A DNA stretch of 64,000 nt from Eledone cirrhosa (Eukaryota), in NCBI GenBank assembly GCA_964016885.1, contig OZ024751.1, forward strand, positions 14,880,001-14,944,000, given 5' to 3'. The notes beneath the pieces are model-generated. The model was given only the letters and a program-made list of their open reading frames with translations, ran no database searches and was not told the origin of the DNA. The translations under genes were made by a program, and so were the position numbers. Position 1 is the first letter of the stretch. The number at the start of each line of letters is the position of its first letter. Below, piece by piece: positions 43,771-58,669 of this stretch.

Positions 43771-44833
43771 CGATAACGCCAACAACAACAACAGCAGCAA
43801 CAACGATAACGCCAACAACAACAACAACAGCAGCAACAACGATAACACCAACAACAACAACAGCAGCAACAACGATAACGCCAACAACAACAACAACAAC
43901 AGCAGCAACAACGATAACACCAACAACAACAACAACAACAGCAGCAACAACGATAATACCAACAACAACAACAACAACAGCAGCGACAACGATAACGCCA
44001 ACAACAACAACAACAACAACAACAGCAGCAACAACGATAACGCCAACAACAACAACAACAGCAGCAACAACGATAACGCCAACAACGATAACGCCAACAA
44101 CAACAACTACGACTATAATGATAACACCAATAACAATAATAACAACAACAAAGACAACCCCAATAATAACAGCGATAACATCAATAACAACAACAACAAC
44201 AACACCAATTACAACAACAATGACGATAACGATAACGCCAATAAGAACAACAACGCCAACAACAACACCACCACCACCAACAACACCAATAACACCACCA
44301 CTACCACCACCAACACATCACCACGATCACCACACCACCACCACCACCAACAACACACCACCACCACCACCAACACCAACATACCACCACACCAACACCA
44401 CACCACCACCACACCAACACACCACCACCACCACCACCACCACACCAACACACCACCACCACCACCACACACCACCACCACCACCAACAACACACCACCA
44501 CCAACATACCACCACACCAACACACCACCACCACCAACATACCACCACACCAACACACCACCACCACACCAACACACCACCACCACCAACACACCACCAA
44601 CACACCACCACCAACACACCACCACCAACATACCACCACACCAACACACCACCACCACCACCACACCAACACACCACCACACCACCACCACCAACACACC
44701 ACCACCACCACACCAACACACCACCACCACCACCAACACACCACCACGACCACACCAACACACCACCACGACCACCACACCAACACACCACCACCACCAC
44801 CACCGCCGCCGCACCACCACACCACCACCACCC
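43645..44833. repeat. (AAC)n grading into (CAC)n low complexity
   Basis: Direct. Confidence 0.95.
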
Positions 44834-45114
44834 TAAATCAATGCTATTATCGCCATATCTATCATGGACAGCTGTCATATCTCTATAAACTATTACTGTC
44901 CTAATTAATGGCCGACTATCTGATTATTGTCTTCGATTAAGTATTCATTATGTCCGCTATTTAGAAGACGATCGATAAAGGCGATAAACAGATAAATCGA
45001 TAGCTGCAAGTGTCACTTCTTGTTCTGCAGCGAACTCTGCATTACACGTGACTACCATGTGACTGATTCGGCACTGCTGATGTGACATGTGACCGAGTGG
45101 ATCACCTCCGTCGT

Positions 45115-46290
45115 CATTATCAACACCACCACCATTACCACAACCACCAACACCACCACCACCATTACCACCAACACCACCACCACCATTACCACCAACA
45201 CCACCATTACCACCACCACCATTATCAACACCGCCAACACCACCACCACCATTACCACAACCACCAACACCACCACCACCATTACCACAACCACCAACAC
45301 CACCACCACCATTATCAACACCGCCAACACCACCACCACCATTACAACAACCACCAACACCACCACCACCATTATCAGCACCGCCAACACCAACACCACC
45401 ATTATCATCACCGCCAACACCACCACCACCATTACCACAACCACCAACACCACCACCACCATTACAACAACCACCAACGCCACCACCACCATCATCAACA
45501 CTGCCAACACCACCACCACCATTACAACAACCACCAACACCACCACCACCATTATCAGCACCGCCAACACCAACACCACCATTATCATCACCGCCAACAC
45601 CACCACCACCATTACCACAACCACCAACACCACCACCACCATTACAACAACCACCAACGCCACCACCACCATCATCAACACCGCCAACACCAACACCACC
45701 ATTAACAATACCGCCAACACCACCACCACCATTACCACAACCACCACTACTACTACTACCACCACCACCAACACCGCAGCCACGAACACCACCACTACTA
45801 CCACTACCAACACAACCACTACAATCACCACCACCAACACCACCACTACCATTAACACTACCACCAACGCAAATACTACCAACACTTCCACCATTACCAC
45901 CACCACCACCACCTCTACAACCATCACCATCACCACCACCACTACAAACACCAACAACAACTCTCTCCCCACTACCACCACCACCACCTCCACCGCCACT
46001 AACACCACCAACACTACTACCTCCACCGCCACTAACACCACCAACACTACTACCTCCACCGCCACTAACACCACCAACACTACTACCTCCACCGCCACTA
46101 ACGCTACCAACACTACTACCACCACTACTATCACCATCACCACCACTACCACCACCGTCACTACCCCACTACCACCACCGCCACTACCACCACTACCACT
46201 ACCACCAACACCACTACAACCACCACCACCACCAACACCACTACAACCACCACCACCACCACCAACACCACAACAACAACAACAATGAAG
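45115..46290. repeat. 30-bp (CAC/AAC/ATT) minisatellite and trinucleotide tract
   Basis: CACCACCACCATTACCACAACCACCAACAC; 180-bp higher-order repeat (45331-45510 vs 45511-45690). Confidence 0.9.
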
Positions 46291-46857
46291 ACGAAAACGA
46301 AGACGAGGCAACAAAAACTCACGAGGTTTACAAACAGGAAGCAATTAAGTTGGCTTTTCTCTACAAGTTGCTTTATTCTCCGAAATAATTAATTAGTTCA
46401 ATAAATGATTATTCACACACATAAACAAACAGACAGACACACATGCACAGTCTCACACACAGACAGACACACACACACACACAGACACACACACACACAG
46501 ACACACACACAGACACACGCACACACATATTAGCTTCAAATCATTTTTGTATTTATTTATGACTGAGAGGATTGAAGAAATTTTAACACAATCACACATA
46601 CACACACACACATACATACATACATAAATACATACGCACATACATACACACGCATACATATACACATACATAAACACATACATACATACACATATATATA
46701 TATACACATAAACATACACACAGAATGTAGTGCAGCGAATGGGCTGAGTCGTTAGGACGTCAGATAGAAGGCTTTGCCGTATTCATTCCAACTGTCGCAA
46801 CTATCTAAGTTCAAACACCGCCGAAGTCAACATTGTCTTTCATCCTTAGATAGACAT

Positions 46858-46895
<38 letters not shown>

Positions 46896-47302
46896 GACAT
46901 CGGATGTTCATTATAATAATAAATTTCTGGTTATAAAATCTCACTCATAAAGCTTGTGTCGAATCAAAGCTAAAGTAAAGATACTTGCCCAAGATGTCAC
47001 GCAGTGGGACTACCCCCCCCCCCCCCGGAACCTCCAGAGTTGAGATTCTGGTTTTAATTGGTTAACATGTCCAATGAGCAGATTGGGACTGGGTTCGGGT
47101 CTATAACACAAATATTGATCTTGAGCCACCCATCTGTGAAGCGTTCGTAAACTGAGGTTAGTCAATAAAAACCTCCACGCGAAACCTCGTTTTGTTCTTC
47201 TTAATATATACACTCTGCTAGAGAATACTGTGTTAATATTGGTACCTTTCTCAGTAAACCACAAATTTATTGAATCACTTAATATATATATATATATATA
47301 TA

Positions 47303-47712
47303 TGCGGGGTAACAAATAATAGTTATATGCAGTCCACTTAGGTGTAGTCCAATTATGGTATTCCGGGTAGTGGATGATATCAACGCTTGGCTAAGTTTGA
47401 CCCAACAAGGCGTTTTCATAGTGATGCTGCGAGTACGCTGTAATTCCTATGTTGTAAGCACTTGGAGTAATAATAAATCAGGAAAGAAGATAGAATATAG
47501 TAGCCTGTATATTCCTTTCATGCCTGTATATTCTCTTCATTCTCGCAAGCTCCGATGAACTGACTGGTTATAATTTTGTATTGGCGATCGAGTAACGCGA
47601 AAACAAGCGGATAGCGATCTCTAGACCTACCAGTTCAGAGAAACAATTGTCAGCAATGAGATTAAAAACCTGTTTTGTATAGCAAACCGTGTCAATCTTC
47701 TTTCCTGATTTA
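47303..47712. mobile_element. PLE-like insert: antisense tail plus inverted hammerhead segment
   Basis: TAAATCAGGAAAGAAGAT (47474) is the reverse complement of 47695-47712; TA flanks. Confidence 0.65.
47541..47661 (+). ncRNA. Hammerhead motif, CCGATGA variant with long loop II
   Basis: TCTC gcaa GCT-CCGATGA-A CTGA CTGGT..ACCAG t TCAG A-GAAA-CAATTG-TC-AGC aat GAGA; GUC site. Confidence 0.75.
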
Positions 47713-47796
47713 TATATATATATATATATATATATAAATCAGGAAAGATTGACACGGTTTGCTATACAAAACATATATATATATATATATATATAT

Positions 47797-48311
47797 GTAG
47801 ATAAATCTACCAAAAGTTTACGGTTGTGTCCAATCCGTATGAAGAACTCAATGTAATCCGGATATCATGAAAAGAGAAGATGCATTCAAAAACTACTTTC
47901 GGTGAAAAATAAACGGAAAACAGAGTCAAGATAAATTAATAAAATTAATAAAATAATGAATAAACAAAGAAACAGTTCCTTATATTAAAAAAAATTCATC
48001 ATTTTACGATCGTTTCTAGGATATATATGTGTTAGAATTGGTATGCATATTCTATAGATCTATGTACAATATTTATACAAACTATCAGAGGGAATATACA
48101 TACCTACACATATATATGCTGTCTTCAGAAACAGCATATATATGTGTAGGAATGTATATTCCCTCTGATAGTTTGTATAAATATTGTACATAGATCTATA
48201 GAATATGCATACCAACTCTAACACATATATATCCTAGAAACGATCGTAAAATGATGAATTTTTTTTAATATAAGGAACTGTTTCTTTGTTTATTCATTAT
48301 TTTATTAATTT
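47797..48311 (-). mobile_element. PLE-like fold-back insert with ~180-bp arms
   Basis: 47942-48122 is a near-perfect inverted copy of 48131-48311; unpaired tail 47797-47940 abuts (TA)n. Confidence 0.85.
48002..48131 (-). ncRNA. Hammerhead motif with extended stem II
   Basis: TTT-CTGAAGA-CAG C ATATATATGTGT..ACACATATATAT C CTA-GAAA-CGATCG-TA-AAA. Confidence 0.75.
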
Positions 48312-48358
48312 ATATATATATAAATCAGGAAAGAAGATTGACATGGTTTGCTATATAA

Positions 48359-48451
<93 letters not shown>

Positions 48452-48463
48452 ATATATATTGCC

Positions 48464-48535
48464 TTGTCCGATGAACGAATGAGGACGTTTTTCGTATTCG
48501 TCTTATTCGGGAAACTTCTGGTAATGAGGTAATTA
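48464..48535 (+). ncRNA. Hammerhead motif, CCGATGA variant, weak stem I
   Basis: CCGATGA-A CGAATGAGGACG..CGTCTTATTCG G-GAAA-CTTC TGGTAAT GAGG-TA. Confidence 0.65.
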
Positions 48536-49153
48536 TATTGTATTGTTTATTATACATTATATATATATATATATATAAATATATATAATCGTTAAAACAG
48601 AAAACAAAAACAAAGCAAAGAGTGCAATACAAAGTGTTAGTATTAGGCTCACGCTTTTCCCCGTAGGGGCGTCCAATAGGCCGGAAAATACGGTATATCT
48701 TAACTGCGTCCAGAACATATCTTTTTACCCCGTTTGTAAAATAAATTAGATTACTTTGAATAAACAATGAATAAATATTACATAATTTATGTACTAAATT
48801 TCGTAACTCTTGATTAAATATATTTTATTGCTTATTTAAAGATTCACTTCTTTAAAATTTTCAAATGTCAACACTTCCGATTATATAATAACACTTATAA
48901 AAACATCGCATATATTTCCATCGCTAATTTTCCCCTAATGCAGTTTATATATAATATCGTCTTTTTTAAATGAATCATAGATTACTTTGCAGAAGTGAGT
49001 GTAACATAGACTTCGTTCAATTTCTGTGTATATTGTCAATTACGATTTTATTTGATGTATCATATCTACATGCATATATATTTGCGTATAATATCAATAT
49101 ACACACTACACATGCTAGAGGAAAACCACACGAAGGGTGGGTTTTCTGCTAGT

Positions 49154-49356
49154 TGTTATTAATAATTTAGTATTAAAAATATATATATATATTGCCACGA
49201 AAAAAGCCATTAAAAAAATCGCGGAAGATATTTAAGATTCTGCGAATATGAGGTGGTTTCTACGAACAATTATTAGTTAGGGTCTAAGGAAAATTCCGCG
49301 AATAACCGGAACCACAAATGCGGTGGGTGGGGTGGGGGTGGGGGCGTTTACACTGT
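49154..49356 (-). mobile_element. pogo/Tigger-like MITE end, inverted copy of 49575-49745
   Basis: ~160 bp diverged inverted match; ends CACTG-TA. Confidence 0.6.
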
Positions 49357-49574
49357 ATATATTATTAGGTATGAATCGACGTTGTAGCCGCCATATAGCA
49401 GGTACTAATCTAGTTGTTTGAGGCACTCAATGAAGCGAGAAGCTAATCATTAAATCCAGAGTAAAACAACAGTTATAAAGTGTGACACCAAGAAAAATGA
49501 CCAAAGACAGCGACCACAATTACACTACAACAAAGATAAACACAAAAGGGTTGAAGACTAACCCGTGACATATA

Positions 49575-49986
49575 CAGTATATCATTCGCGGTCCCGGTTA
49601 TTCGCAGAATTCTCCCTAGAACCTAACTAATAATTGTTCGTGGAAACCATGGCATTATTCGCGGAATCGTAAATATCATCCGCGATTTTTTATGGATTTT
49701 TTCGTGGCAATATGTATTTTTTTTAATGCTAAATTATCAATAACAATACATCGCATTTGCCGGCCTATTGGACGCCTCTTCGCATAAGATTTTACGTTAT
49801 ATTTTGACGTTTATAGGCATTTTTATTTACGTTATATTTTACGTTATATTTTGACGTTTATAGGCATTTTTATTTACGTTATATTTTACGTTATATTTTG
49901 ACGTTTATAGGCATTTTTATGGACCACGTCCCATATTCGCGGGTCCTCTAGGAACGTTAACCCCCGCGAATACCGGGGGACAACTG
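49575..49986 (+). mobile_element. pogo/Tigger-like MITE with an internal 3x ~47-bp repeat
   Basis: Starts TA-CAGT, has TATTCGCG subterminal motifs, ends CCCCGCGAATACCGGGGGACAACTG. Confidence 0.6.
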
Positions 49987-50371
49987 CATATTTATACATA
50001 TAACAATATATGAGGTTATAGAGTAATATTTCACTATTTTCATTGGTAATATGAGATGATGCACTTTGCCATAATTTAGCATGTCTGAAAATCTACGCAA
50101 TCTTTTTTGGCACTTGAAATTTTAATTGCCTGCCTAAATGCACCTTGCTTTGAATCCTCTATTGTTCTTGATACTTGTTATTTTATTATATATATATTTC
50201 CTGAAGAGATACGATCTGAATAAAGCGCCCATAATGGAGTAAATAATTAACTGGTTATATCCAATTCTCTCCACAGATGGATGTGACATTCTAGCCGCGT
50301 TGAAAGTCCATAAAGATATATAAATAAATAACAATATACTATCCTGGGCTTTCTTAAAATTTGAATTACCG

Positions 50372-51867
<1,496 letters not shown>

Positions 51868-51870
<3 letters not shown>

Positions 51871-52059
51871 GGAACAAGTAGGACCCCGACGGCTGAGCTC
51901 AAGCCGTTTCGACGGCTAATTCTGGACAGAATTAGCCGTCGAAACGGCTTGAGCTCAGCCGTCGGGGTCCTACTCGTTCCTATTACCCACTCTACTACCC
52001 TAAGTATTGAGTACTTTGGTGCGTTATGGTCCACCTGGTTCCTTACCACATTTCCTTCG

Positions 52060-52062
<3 letters not shown>
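51868..52062 (+). mobile_element. Fold-back family F, copy 4
   Basis: Apex GACGGCTAATTCTG-GA-CAGAATTAGCCGTC; nearly identical to copy 1. Confidence 0.85.
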
Positions 52063-52095
<33 letters not shown>

Positions 52096-52101
<6 letters not shown>

Positions 52102-52179
52102 CACAAACTCGTGTTCGGGCATTGCCATCGCCTGATAAAATGCTCAAAAATGCGAGGCATGAATGTGGCAACAGTGAGC

Positions 52180-52185
<6 letters not shown>
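52096..52185 (-). mobile_element. RTE-like 3' end in (TA)n
   Basis: Minus strand TGGCAATGCCCGAACACGAGTTTGTGGCCATCATA resembles the 14107-14142 terminus. Confidence 0.5.
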
Positions 52186-52214
<29 letters not shown>

Positions 52215-52221
<7 letters not shown>

Positions 52222-52414
52222 AGATCCAGGACCCCAATGGCTGAGTTGCGGCCGTTTCGACAGCTAGATCCGAACTGTTCGGATCTAGATGTCGAAACGG
52301 CCGGAGCTCAGTCGTCGGGGTGCTGAATCTTTTCATATTACCCACTCTACTACCCTTAGTATTGAGTACTTTGGTGCGTTATGTTCCACCTGGTATCTTA
52401 CCACACCCTCTTTG

Positions 52415-52417
<3 letters not shown>
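52215..52417 (+). mobile_element. Fold-back family F, copy 5 (diverged subfamily)
   Basis: Apex CTAGATCCGAAC-T-GTTCGGATCTAG, then GAAACGGC and the family tail. Confidence 0.85.
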
Positions 52418-52476
<59 letters not shown>

Positions 52477-52480
<4 letters not shown>

Positions 52481-52647
52481 ATAATAATAAATTTGAAGAC
52501 TAAAATCCAAAGAGGGCTCGATAAGGATAAATATATATCAGATATATAAGAACCGTAGAGTAAATATTTATTATATATTATTATTCAGAAGATCCCGATA
52601 AGGGTGAAAGCACCGATTCTTTGCTTAAACTTTAATCTGTTATTTTA

Positions 52648-52655
<8 letters not shown>
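52477..52655. mobile_element. Inverted-junction copy of the 9660 element, with hammerhead motif at 52584-52630 (+)
   Basis: Tail is antisense; CAGAAGA-TCCCGATAAGGGT-GAAAGCA..TGCTT-AAAC is on the sense strand. Confidence 0.75.
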
Positions 52656-52722
<67 letters not shown>

Positions 52723-53038
52723 ACATATATATATATATATGTTAATATATATATGTTAAGTATTTCCGAAGAAAAAGCAAAGGAAAAAAGAGTTCTCTAT
52801 GTATAATATAATATAAATATAGATCAGAGCAAACATCACGGACGCTCTATCTCAAAATTATTTTTGAAAAGCATTAGAAATGCGCAACCGGTAAAACTTA
52901 AAACCAAAACTGAATACTAACCAATACAATTACTAATTCTCACTTATTCCTAATTAAACTATTTTTCACTGTGAACAATTTGTCAGCATTTTCTATTCCG
53001 TTTACCAATATATATATGTATATATATATATATATATA

Positions 53039-53244
53039 TAGAAGTGGTTACACAACAGTTAGTTCACCATACCGAGAATAATTGTTTCACCTTAGCGGAT
53101 CCTCATTACGAGCTGAGGATCCGCTAAGGTGAAACAATTGTTCTCGGTATGGTGAACTAACTGTTGTGTAACCACTTCTACCTGACTCGTCCCATGGACT
53201 GAGTGCTCTACCACTACGGATATTACCTTCCAGTGTTCCACCAC

Positions 53245-53250
<6 letters not shown>
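53039..53250 (+). mobile_element. PLE-like fold-back insert, ~67-bp arms
   Basis: 53039-53105 is inverted at 53114-53180, followed by an unpaired tail and (TA)n. Confidence 0.85.
53109..53146 (+). ncRNA. Minimal type I hammerhead motif
   Basis: CGAG-CTGAGGA-T CC GCTAA GG T-GAAA-CAATTG-TT-CTCG. Confidence 0.8.
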
Positions 53251-53287
<37 letters not shown>

Positions 53288-53374
53288 CGAACAAAATACA
53301 GGAGACAATTGTACACAGTTATATTAGGTTCACGCTTGGTAAACATATATATATATATATATACAGACACACAG

Positions 53375-53453
<79 letters not shown>

Positions 53454-53903
53454 CAGACACACACACACATACACACACATATATATATACATGACATATT
53501 CATACTATATCTGATGCAATGTTTGGAGAAATTCTTGTCAGATAAATAGAATGGTCACTTAAGTGCAGAATTAACTTTTGAATAAGAATATTCCCGAATC
53601 GTTCCAATACTTATTATCATTATCCGGAGAATGGTAATGTTGGACATTTATAGTAGAGTTAGATACAAATTAGCTTTGGAAGATCTTTTTAATTCTGTAA
53701 TTAAGTCATTAGCGAACGAATTTAAATGGAATAAAGAACGGTTGATTAAAGGTGTCTTTGTGTGGAATTAATGTGGTTTACTTATAGTAGAAAGAGATAG
53801 GGGAAGACAGTGAGAGACAGATAACAGATGCAGAGAAATAGATAGACCAGCTGTTAATCAATGAAGCTATATACATACATACATACGCATGCACACATAT
53901 ATA

Positions 53904-53988
53904 CAGTGTGTTTCAAAGAAATATATATATATATATACATGTTTATTAGAATGGTGTTGAAGTGTGTATACATTTTTGGGACACCTTG
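53904..53988. mobile_element. Degenerate Tc1/mariner-type MITE
   Basis: CAGTGTGTTTCAAAGA ... TTTTTGGGACACCTTG imperfect TIRs; TA on the left. Confidence 0.4.
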
Positions 53989-54439
53989 CATATATATATA
54001 TATATATATATATAGTTCAAGAATGGACAAGACAAACAGAGAGATGCAAATCTTGTTAGTTTCACGCTTAGGAAGAAGTAAATGCGTCTTTCGACGTGTC
54101 AGACATAAGACCTTCTTGAAGACATGGAGAGAGAGAGAGAGAGAGAGAGAGTTTGGATAGATAGATAGATAGATAGATAGATATGCAGTTAAGTTTTGTT
54201 TTGTATTTGAGATAAATAGTGATTGGTTTAAGTTGTCGGGGAAAAGTGTACTTCACATCTGATGGATAGCCAACAAGCTGTGAAATATGTACAGATAATC
54301 TCTTATGTTTTACTGTATACGACGAGAATATAGCAAAATGTGTGTATTGGTCTTCCGTCAGTTACGACGAGTGTTTCAGAGGTTTCGATCAAGGGAATAG
54401 CCTGCTCGTGAAATTAACGTGAAAGTTGCCTGCTATTTA

Positions 54440-55870
54440 CAACTACTTTATATGTAGTATAGTTCTACTGTTATACTTACTACTCTATATAGTGTAGCTG
54501 TACTGTAGTCATGACTACTACTCTATATATTGTAGTGTACTGTAGTACTGACTACTAATCTATATAGTGTAGCTGTACTGTAGTAATGGCTATCTGCAGT
54601 GTTGTACAGTAATACTGACTACTACTCTATATCGTAGTGTAACTGTACTATAGTACTGTTTACTACATGTAATGTAGCTCTACTGTAGTACTTACTACTA
54701 CTCTATATATACACTATACAGACCTACCAACTTCTAAAAACCCAGGGGAGTACTATGAAAAATAGTGCCCCAAACGGGGAGAAATTAGGCACAATAGAGA
54801 GATTTTACATAATGAAAGCTATACCCATTTTAACAAGAGAAGACATTTTTCACTCCCCCCTCCTAAAGAGGGTGGGAGATGTCCTCGTCAGACGGGGAGA
54901 GTTGACATGTCTGACGATAGCTGTAATGAGATACTTACTACTACTCTATATATACTGTAGCTCTACTGTAATACTAACTGCTACTCTATATATACTGTAG
55001 CTCTACTGTAATACTTACTACTACTCTATATATAACTGTAGCTCTACTGTAATACTTACTACTACTCTATATATAACTGTAGCTCTACTGTAATACTACT
55101 ACTCTATATATAACTGTAGCTCTACTGTAATATTAACTGCTACTCTATATATAGTGTAGCTGTAATGTAATATTGCTACTCTATATATACTGTAGCTCTA
55201 CTCTAATTCTTACTACTACTCTATATATAACTGTAGCTCTACTGTAATACTAACTGCTACTCTATATATACTGTAGCTCTACTGTAATACTAACTACTAC
55301 TCTATATATACTGTAGCTCTACTGTAATACTAACTACTACTCTATATATACTGTAGCTCTACTGTAATACTAACTGATTCTCTATATATAGTGTTGCTGT
55401 AATGTAATATTGCTACTCTATATATACTGTAATACTTACTACTACTCTATATATAACTGTAGCTCTACTGTAATACTTACTACTACTCTATATATAACTA
55501 TAGTTCTACTGTAATACTTACTACTACTCTATATATACTGTAGTTCTATATGTAATGTAGCTGTACTGTAATCATTACTATTATTCTCTATATAGAGTAG
55601 CTCTACAATAATGCAGACTACTACTCTATATATAGAATAGTAGTACTTACTACTACGCTATATATACTGTAATACTTACAACTATTCTATATAGTATTGC
55701 AGTTTTACTGTAGTACTTACTATTCTATATAGAGTAGCTCTACTGTAATACAGACTACTACTCTATATATAGAATAGTAGTACTAACTACTACTCCATAT
55801 ATACTGTAATACTTACTACTCTATACGGTAATGTAGTTTTACTGTAGTACTTACTACTCTATATATTGTG
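54440..55870. repeat. ~40-bp degenerate minisatellite
   Basis: CTCTACTGTAATACTAACTACTACTCTATATATACTGTAG. Confidence 0.92.
54719..54913. mobile_element. hAT-like MITE inserted in the minisatellite
   Basis: TIRs CAGACCTACCAACT / AGTTGACATGTCTG; TSD not clear. Confidence 0.55.
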
Positions 55871-56232
55871 GTAGCTGTATTGGTTCTATTACGACAGACT
55901 CTAGTGAAATACTTCAACACACCACTGCTTTGCACTTAACGTTGAGAAAGCAACCATTTTTTTCTAGTGAAATACTTGTCTCTATCATATTTGACAGCCA
56001 TCTTTCACAGTTCATGTCTCCACTTCCATTTTGGCCGCCGCAGACGATCTATTGTTGAAAACTGATGGATCGTTTTCCTCTTTCTTCTCCAACATTACTT
56101 AACATACAAACTATAATGAAGTCGAGCTGTCACTTCGAATTATTGTGAAATGTATATACATTTTACATGCCTGTGTGTTTATGTATATATATATATATGT
56201 GTGTGTATGTGTGTGTGTGTGTGTGTGTGTGC

Positions 56233-56278
<46 letters not shown>

Positions 56279-56363
56279 TTAAATCTTAGACAGGAACAAA
56301 AACAGAGAGCCAGTACAAATAGTGGTTTATATATATATATATGTATGTTTATGTATATATATG

Positions 56364-56396
<33 letters not shown>

Positions 56397-56538
56397 GTAT
56401 GTTTATGTATATATATGTATATATATATATATATGTATATATATATGTATGTTTATGTATATATATGTATGTGTATGTATATATATATATACATGTATGT
56501 GTATGTATATATATAAGTATGCATGTATGTGCGCGCGC

Positions 56539-56569
<31 letters not shown>

Positions 56570-56582
56570 TGTGCGTGTGCGT

Positions 56583-56615
<33 letters not shown>

Positions 56616-56729
56616 CCCTATACACTTTGCTTTTATCTTTTACTTTCGGTTTGGAAAATTTCAAATATTTGCTGAGTATTTTGCCAGATATAAACATTTT
56701 AACAAATGGTTTATTCCACCTTCATATAT

Positions 56730-56776
<47 letters not shown>

Positions 56777-56886
56777 TATATATACATATATATATATATA
56801 TCTACATATATATATATATGTGTAAGTATGAATATATATATATATGTATGTATATAGATAGGTTAATATATGTATATATGTATATA

Positions 56887-56918
<32 letters not shown>

Positions 56919-56984
56919 GATAGGTAACTATGTATATATATATATATGTAAATATATATATATAGATAGGTAACTATGTATATA

Positions 56985-57028
<44 letters not shown>

Positions 57029-57916
57029 TATATATATATACATACACACAAATATATACAAACATACCCCCCCCCCTCTACATATATATACATACAAACA
57101 TACCTATCTATAGACATATATGATGTTTTTTTTCTATTTACTATTATTTTATATATTTATTATTATATTTCTGGCAGCAAAGTGTTTCCTTTCCACGTCT
57201 TTGTCGAGGCACACTAGCCCAGCTATTTGGGAGATGTTTACATATGTATGTATGTATGTATGTATGTATGTGTATGTATGTGTATGTATGTATGTATGTA
57301 TGTATGTATGTATGTATGTGTGTGTGTGTGTGTGTGTGTATGTGTGTATGTATGTATGTGTGTGTGTGTGTATGCATGTATGTATGTATGTGTGTGTATG
57401 TATGCATGTATGTGTGTATGTATGTGTGTATGTATGTGTGTGTATGTATGCATGTATGTATGTATGTATGTGTGTGTGTGTATGTTTGTGTGTATGTATG
57501 CATGTATGTATGTATGTATGTGTGTGTGTGTGTATGTTTGTGTGTATGTATGCATGTATGTATGTATGTATGTATGTGTGTGTGTATGTGTATATGTATG
57601 TATATATGTATGTATGCATGTATGTATGTATGTGTGTGTGTATGTATGTGTATATGTATGTATATATGTATGTATGTATGCATGTATGTATGTATGTATG
57701 TATGTGTGTGTGTATGTTTGTGGGTATGTATGTATGTGTGTATGTAGGTATGTATGTATGTATGTGTGTGTGTGTGTGTGTATGTATGTATATATGTATG
57801 TATGTATGCATGTATGTATGTACGTATGTGTGTGTGTGTATGTATGTATGCATGTACGTATGTGTGTGTGTATGTATGTATGTATGTATGTATGTATGTA
57901 TGTATGTATGTATGTA

Positions 57917-57975
<59 letters not shown>

Positions 57976-58178
57976 GTATGTATATATGTATGTATGCATG
58001 TATGTATGTATGCATGTATGTATATATGAATGTATGTATGTATGTATGTATGTTTCTCCTTCTCTTAATTTCGAGTACATTTTTGACTGGCCACCTGCCT
58101 GGTGGCAAGATTGTAAAAGAAAAGTAATTATCATCCCTTGAATCGCAAGAATGTTTTACAAATTTGTGTATGTGTATA

Positions 58179-58350
58179 CAGTGAAATTTCGTTATAACGA
58201 AATTCACGGGGTATTAAAATTTCGTTGTAACGAAAAATTCTTTATAACGAGATCGACTTAACACATCGAACGTGTGGCCGGGGATTGAACAAATTTCGTT
58301 ATACTGAAAAATTTGTTATAATGGTATTCGTTATAACGGAATTTTACCTG
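58179..58350. mobile_element. pogo/Tigger-like MITE
   Basis: TA-CAGTGAAATTTCGTTATAACGAA ... TTCGTTATAACGGAATTTTACCTG-TA; internal palindromic CGTTATAACG motifs. Confidence 0.8.
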
Positions 58351-58411
58351 TATAGAAATCTATATACATTCTGCTTATACCTGGTTAAATCCATAGGATT
58401 CTATACACATT

Positions 58412-58461
<50 letters not shown>

Positions 58462-58669
58462 AATGTGTGTGTGTGTGCGTGTATGTATATGTATGTATGT
58501 ATGTGTGTATGTATGTATGTATGTATGTGTGTATGTATATATGTGTATGTATAAGTGTGTATGTATGTGTGTGTGTGTGTGTTAGCTTTATACCAGACAA
58601 CGGAGGTGGTTTCTATGGAGTCACTATTGGAAGAGGGGCTGGGAATGTAGAGTGAAGCTGAAGACAGGC

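Noticed and set aside
41791-46344. His/Thr/Asn/Val-rich ORFs (mucin-like or His-rich proteins)
   Set aside because: Trinucleotide-derived repeats open in several frames, with no exon evidence. The same applies to 1292-2880 and 37298-37679.
53490-53790. Possible degraded retroelement ORF
   Set aside because: Multiple stops and no recognisable RT or GIY-YIG motif by eye; would need tblastx.
56150-58655. Long YVCM/HTYI ORFs
   Set aside because: Translations of (TATG)n, (TG)n and (TA)n microsatellites.
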